In this document: piece after piece, positions 60,227 to 64,000 of the stretch | Numbering within the stretch: position 1 is the first letter of the stretch | How the letters are laid out: the number at the start of each line of letters is the position of its first letter | DNA from: Rhodanobacteraceae bacterium | GTDB lineage: Bacteria > Pseudomonadota > Gammaproteobacteria > Xanthomonadales > SZUA-5 | NCBI GenBank assembly: GCA_031425695.1 | Contig: JANPJV010000314.1 | Location: 2,293-66,292, forward strand | DNA length: 64,000 bases | Direction of reading: 5' to 3' | Notes under the pieces: generated by a model | What the model was told of the DNA's origin: nothing | The model's input: the letters and a program-made list of their open reading frames with translations, nothing else | Database searches by the model: none | Made by a program: the position numbers and the translations under genes

Positions 60227-61746
60227 TCGGCGAACAGCGAGCGCCCGCTCATTTCGGCGGGGATCGGGAGCTGCATGAGCTCGAGGATGGTGGGTGCGAG
60301 GTCGCGCAGTGCGCCGCCGTCGCGCAGGCGCGCGGGGCCGCCGACGTAGACGACCGGGACCGGATTCATCGAGTGCTGGGTGGCGGGCTGGCCACTTTCC
60401 GCGTCCCACATGTCTTCGAGGTTTCCATGATCGGCGGTGACCAGCATGGCGCCACCGCTGCGCAGGATTGCGGCTTCGAGCCGACCGAGCGCGGCATCCA
60501 CGGTTTCGGCCGCGGCGATCGCTGCCGCCATGATGCCGGTGTGGCCAACCATGTCCGGATTGGCGATGTTGCACACGATGAGATCGAACCGGCGTTCCTC
60601 GATTGCTTCGACCAGCCGATCGGTAACTTCAGGACAGCTCATCTGCGGCGCCAAGTCATAGGTCGCGACTTTGGGCGACGGCACCAGGATGCGCTCCTCA
60701 CCGGGGTAGACGGCTTCGCGCCCGCCGCTGAAGAAAAACGTCACGTGCGCGTATTTTTCGGTTTCAGCGATGCGCAGCTGGGTGCGCCCTTGCGCGGCCA
60801 GGACTTCCGGCAGGGTGTTGGCCATGCTCTGCGCAGCAAAGGCGATGCTGCTGGGAATATCGTCGGCATATTGGGTCAGGCTAACGAAGTCGGCCAGCAG
60901 GGGAACGCGCATCCGCGCGAAGCCCACGAACTTGGGATCGATGAAGGCCTTGCTGATTTCGCGCGCGCGGTCGGCGCGGAAGTTCATGAAGACGACGGCA
61001 TCGCCATCGGCCACCGGAACACCCCCAGCAATCGTGGTTGGCGCCACGAACTCGTCGTTTTCGCCACGTGCATAGGCGGCGGCGAGCGCGCTCGTCGCGT
61101 CGGCTGCGTCGAAATCTCCACGCGCATCGACGATCGCCTGCCACGCGCGTTCGACGCGGTCCCAACGCTGGTCCCGGTCCATGCCGTAGTAGCGTCCGCC
61201 GACGCTGGCGATCCGCACTTGCGGCACCTGTGCACACAGCCCCTGCAGCCGCTCGAGCGAGGGCAGGGCACTGCGGGGCGGCGTATCCCGGCCATCGAGG
61301 AACACATGCACGGCAATGCGCGCGGCGCCCTGGCGCGCGGCCATTTCCAGGAAGTGCAGGATGTGGTCTTCGTGGCTGTGGACGCCACCGGGTGAGAGCA
61401 GCCCGAGCACATGCAGCGTCCGTCCGTTAGCGGACACTTTTTGGACGGCCGCGGACAAGACCGGGTTGGTTTCGAAGCTGCCATCGGCAATGGCGGCGTC
61501 GACGCGGGTCAGGTCCTGGTAGACGATCCGACCGGCGCCGAGGTTCATATGACCCACCTCGGAGTTGCCCATCTGGCCTTCCGGCAGGCCGACGGCCAGC
61601 CCATCGGTGCGAATCAGCGTTCGCGGGCTGGTCGCCCACAGGCGATCCCAGTGGGGTGTGTGCGCGAGGTGGATCGCGTTGTCTGGCGCGGGCTCCGCGT
61701 ATCCCCAGCCATCGAGGATCAGGAGCAGGATCGGCTTCGGCGGCAT
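60223..61746 (-). CDS. gpmI: 2,3-bisphosphoglycerate-independent phosphoglycerate mutase
   Basis: 507 aa. LLILDGWG, MGNSEVGHMNLGAGR and ADHGN motifs. Confidence 0.95.
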   Translation of the reverse strand: MPPKPILLLILDGWGYAEPAPDNAIHLAHTPHWDRLWATSPRTLIRTDGLAVGLPEGQMGNSEVGHMNLGAGRIVYQDLTRVDAAIADGSFETNPVLSAAVQKVSANGRTLHVLGLLSPGGVHSHEDHILHFLEMAARQGAARIAVHVFLDGRDTPPRSALPSLERLQGLCAQVPQVRIASVGGRYYGMDRDQRWDRVERAWQAIVDARGDFDAADATSALAAAYARGENDEFVAPTTIAGGVPVADGDAVVFMNFRADRAREISKAFIDPKFVGFARMRVPLLADFVSLTQYADDIPSSIAFAAQSMANTLPEVLAAQGRTQLRIAETEKYAHVTFFFSGGREAVYPGEERILVPSPKVATYDLAPQMSCPEVTDRLVEAIEERRFDLIVCNIANPDMVGHTGIMAAAIAAAETVDAALGRLEAAILRSGGAMLVTADHGNLEDMWDAESGQPATQHSMNPVPVVYVGGPARLRDGGALRDLAPTILELMQLPIPAEMSGRSLFAE

Positions 61747-61958
61747 GCGCGTTTCGTCAGGTGCAGGCGGGATCGCTCCGATGCTAGCCGAGCGCGTGCC
61801 TTGTGCGCCGCCAGCAATTCCGGAGTTGGCCGCGACCCGTGCCGGAAGTTGGGTCGCGCCTCACGCAACCAAAGTGGCTGCGGCTGCATCTATTGGATGG
61901 CACAGGGATTGCAATCGCTCCCGCACCAGATTCGAACCCAGACCTTAAGGAGGTCACC

Positions 61959-62135
61959 ATGGAAAGCATCACCGAACAACCCTTCGCTGCTCGGGAAGAG
62001 CGTTTTGTCGATCGCCTGCTGCAAGCGCTCGCCACCCTGCCGCAAGACGAGCCGCGCGGCGCCGCGCGCTGCGCGCAGGATTGGGCCCGCGCTGAGCGCA
62101 CCGAGTCCGCCCCCATCTCCCCAGTCCGCAACTAA
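61959..62135 (+). CDS. hypothetical 58-aa protein
   Basis: ATG 61959 with a strong AGGAGG Shine-Dalgarno. Ends 11 nt before the repeat-protein gene. Confidence 0.5.
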   Translation: MESITEQPFAAREERFVDRLLQALATLPQDEPRGAARCAQDWARAERTESAPISPVRN

Positions 62136-62146
62136 AGAGCACACCC

Positions 62147-62893
62147 ATGAACGAGAACAAGTTTGTCAACGCGCTGCTGGCGGCCCTGGTGGTCGGCGTC
62201 GCCACTCCAGTGATTGCCGCGACCGTGGTTGCGCCGGGCACCAGCGGTGACTCGGTCAACAAGTCCCTGAGCGTGGCCGATGGCACGGCGGTCCAGAGCG
62301 TCGAAACCGTCAATGGCAGCATCGAGGTCGGCTCCGGCGCGACCGCGAACTCGGTAGAAACCGTCAACGGCAGCGTCAAGGTGGGCAACGACGTTTCTGT
62401 CGAGTCGCTGGAAACCGTCAACGGCAGTGTCGTCGCTGGCAGCAACCTCAAGGTCAAGGGCAACGTCGAAACCGTCAACGGTCGCATCGAAATTGCCAGC
62501 GGCGGCAGCATCGAGGGCTCGGTCGAGACCGTCAACGGCAAGGTCAGCCTCGATAACGTCAGCGTTGCGCAGAACGTCGAAACCGTCAATGGCGGGCTCG
62601 ATTTCAAGGCCAGCCGCATCGGCGGCAACGTCGAAATGGTCAATGGCCGCATTGATCTCGCGGCCGCGACCATCGTCGCCGGCGACCTGGTCGTCGCCAA
62701 GAACAAGAGCTTCGGCTGGAGCTGGGGCAGCAAGCCCAAGCCGCCGGTCGTGGTCATCGGCGAAGGCAGCGAAGTCCGCGGCCGCATCCTGATCGAGAAC
62801 GAAGCAACCAAGCTCTACGTCCACCAGAACGCACGCATCGGCGAAGTGGTCGGCGTCACCGCACAGCGTTTCAGCGCCGAAGCGCCGGAGTGA
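62147..62893 (+). CDS. secreted beta-strand repeat protein (VETVNG repeats; toastrack/DUF4097-like)
   Basis: 248 aa: signal peptide (LLAALVVGVATPVIAATV), then seven ~18-20-aa repeats centred on (S/N)VETVNG(S/R/K)(I/V). Confidence 0.8.
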   Translation: MNENKFVNALLAALVVGVATPVIAATVVAPGTSGDSVNKSLSVADGTAVQSVETVNGSIEVGSGATANSVETVNGSVKVGNDVSVESLETVNGSVVAGSNLKVKGNVETVNGRIEIASGGSIEGSVETVNGKVSLDNVSVAQNVETVNGGLDFKASRIGGNVEMVNGRIDLAAATIVAGDLVVAKNKSFGWSWGSKPKPPVVVIGEGSEVRGRILIENEATKLYVHQNARIGEVVGVTAQRFSAEAPE

Positions 62894-62898
62894 GATCT

Positions 62899-62962
62899 CG
62901 ATCCGAAATCTGCGATTTCGGATCGGAGCGGGACTCGATCCGAAATCTGCGATCTCGGATCG
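62899..62962. repeat. two tandem copies of a 27-bp hairpin CGATCCGAAATCTGCGAT(T/C)TCGGATCG
   Basis: Copies at 62899-62925 and 62937-62962. The first has perfect 11-bp arms GATCCGAAATC/GATTTCGGATC; the second carries one mismatch. They lie directly after the stop of 62147..62893. Confidence 0.65.
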
Positions 62963-63170
62963 GTTGGGTGAGTCGCCGGCGGGGCGAAGACGCGGTCTTC
63001 GCCGCGCCACCACTGGCACGCATTGAACACGATTTGTAAAGCCGGTCTGACGCTCTCCTTGGCGCCAGTCGAGCACTGAAACTTTTCTGTTGCCCCGCAG
63101 TCTGACTTGGCAGGGCAGCACTCCAAATCCCCGTCCCGGGATTGCTTCAGAGACAGCGAAAGGGACCTTG

Positions 63171-63201
63171 ACGCCGGGTATGGATGCCTGGCGTTTTTTT
63201 T
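63171..63201 (+). terminator. rho-independent terminator (orphan)
   Basis: ACGCCGG-gtatggatg-CCTGGCGT followed by a run of eight T. No annotated plus-strand gene ends nearby. Confidence 0.6.
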
Positions 63202-63213
63202 GCGTGCTATTTG

Positions 63214-63468
63214 GAAAAGAGCGGGGAGGAAGGAAGCGAAGAGAAGCAGAAAGGTCGCGAAGGGAAGCGCATCTACACCCCAGCCCTTTAGCCTTCGTGG
63301 GTCTGCGCTATGCGCATACGCTCTTGCCGCCTTCTGAGAAAAATGCGCCCGCGCGCAGCGCAGACCCACCAGATCCACAGCGCCCTAACCACCTGCTGCT
63401 GCTTGCATCGCCCTCCTTCGCGTCCTTTCTGTTTTTCCTTCGCTTCCTTCCCACCCCGCTCTTTTTTA
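63214..63468. repeat. long nested inverted repeat with polypurine/polypyrimidine arms
   Basis: Left arm GAAAAGAGCGGGGAGGAAGGAAGCGAAGAGAAGCAGAAAGGTCGCGAAGGGAAGCGCATC (63214-63273) pairs with 63405-63468. The inner inverted repeat is GTGGGTCTGCGCT (63298-63310) / AGCGCAGACCCAC (63357-63369). Confidence 0.65.
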
Positions 63469-63483
63469 TCGGGACCAGCGCGC

Positions 63484-64000
63484 TCAGATCTCGCCCATCC
63501 CCTCCGGCGTGCCATTCGGCCCGACGCGCAGGAGCTTGAGCGTGTTGGTGCCGCCGAGCAGGCCGGTGTGGTCGCCGGTGGTGATGCAGACGCGGTCGCC
63601 GACGCTGAGGCGGCCCTGGGCGTGGAGCATTTCGATCGCGAGGCGGGTGGATTGGGCGACGCCGCCGCCTTGTGGATCGAACGCGACCGGGTAGACGTCG
63701 CGATACAGGCACATGCGCTGGCGTGCGGGCTGGTGGCGGCTCATTGCGTAGATCGGGATGCGCGAGCGGAAACGTGAGAGCCATTGCGCGGTCGCGCCGG
63801 ATTCGGTCAGCGCGATGATCGCGCGCACGCCGATGCGGTTGGCGAGCGCCATCGCGGCCATCGCGATCGCCTGGTCGGTACGGTGGATTTCCAGCGGCGC
63901 CGGCAGCGTCGATTCCATCGATTCGAACTGGCGCTCGGCGGCCTCGCAGATGTTGCGCATGGCGGCGACCGCCTGGTCCGGATGCTTGCCAGAGGCGGTT
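63484..64000 (-). CDS. pyk: pyruvate kinase, C-terminal part (gene continues beyond the window)
   Basis: The reading frame is open to the window edge. ...AIAMAAMALANRIGVRAIIALTESGATAQWLSRFRSRIPIYAMS... is typical of the PK C-terminal domain. Confidence 0.85.
   Translation of the reverse strand, partial: TASGKHPDQAVAAMRNICEAAERQFESMESTLPAPLEIHRTDQAIAMAAMALANRIGVRAIIALTESGATAQWLSRFRSRIPIYAMSRHQPARQRMCLYRDVYPVAFDPQGGGVAQSTRLAIEMLHAQGRLSVGDRVCITTGDHTGLLGGTNTLKLLRVGPNGTPEGMGEI

Noticed and set aside
62899-62962. Short tandem hairpin repeats and other repeated palindromes, checked as possible CRISPR arrays.
   Set aside because: There are only two copies with an 11-nt gap, the units are self-complementary, and no cas genes are present. 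No array with regularly spaced unique spacers exists anywhere in the window.

Overview
High-GC gammaproteobacterial (Xanthomonadales-like) chromosome segment made of three blocks. (1) 1-7628: an aa3-type cytochrome c oxidase and assembly cluster, mostly on the minus strand (ctaA, a membrane protein, SURF1, a DUF2909-like gene on the plus strand, coxC, ctaG, a micro-ORF, coxA, coxB). (2) 7629-50334: an apparently complete ~42.7 kb Mu-like transposable siphophage inserted in the coxB-putA intergenic region, inside an inverted REP pair. Its early arm runs leftward (Ner-like, DDE transposase A, AAA+ B, Gam-like, GemA/gp16, Mor, Dam). Its rightward arm starts with a second Ner-family repressor-like gene and a low-GC accessory operon of membrane proteins. 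It continues with a lysis cassette (holin, SLT endolysin, overlapping Rz/Rz1), a tail-fibre module, a Mu-type packaging/head module (DUF2730, gp26-like, gp27, TerL, portal, F), a second accessory locus, a protease-scaffold-capsid fusion, G/GT chaperones with a GGGAAAC slippery site, an 1812-aa tape measure and tail-tip genes. (3) 50335-64000: putA, exeA/gspB, a rhomboid protease, ctpA, envC, gpmI, a secreted beta-repeat protein and the 3' part of pyk, interspersed with MITE/REP-like palindromic elements. No rRNA, tRNA or CRISPR array was seen. The best candidates for novel biology are the repressor-linked accessory operon (19656-22835, Rex-like architecture with a shared peptide motif) and the low-GC moron at the position where Mu-like phages carry anti-CRISPR genes (34300-34707). 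Next is a three-copy dyad element that looks like Mor/C-dependent late promoters. All family names come from unaided motif recognition and need HMM or structure confirmation.
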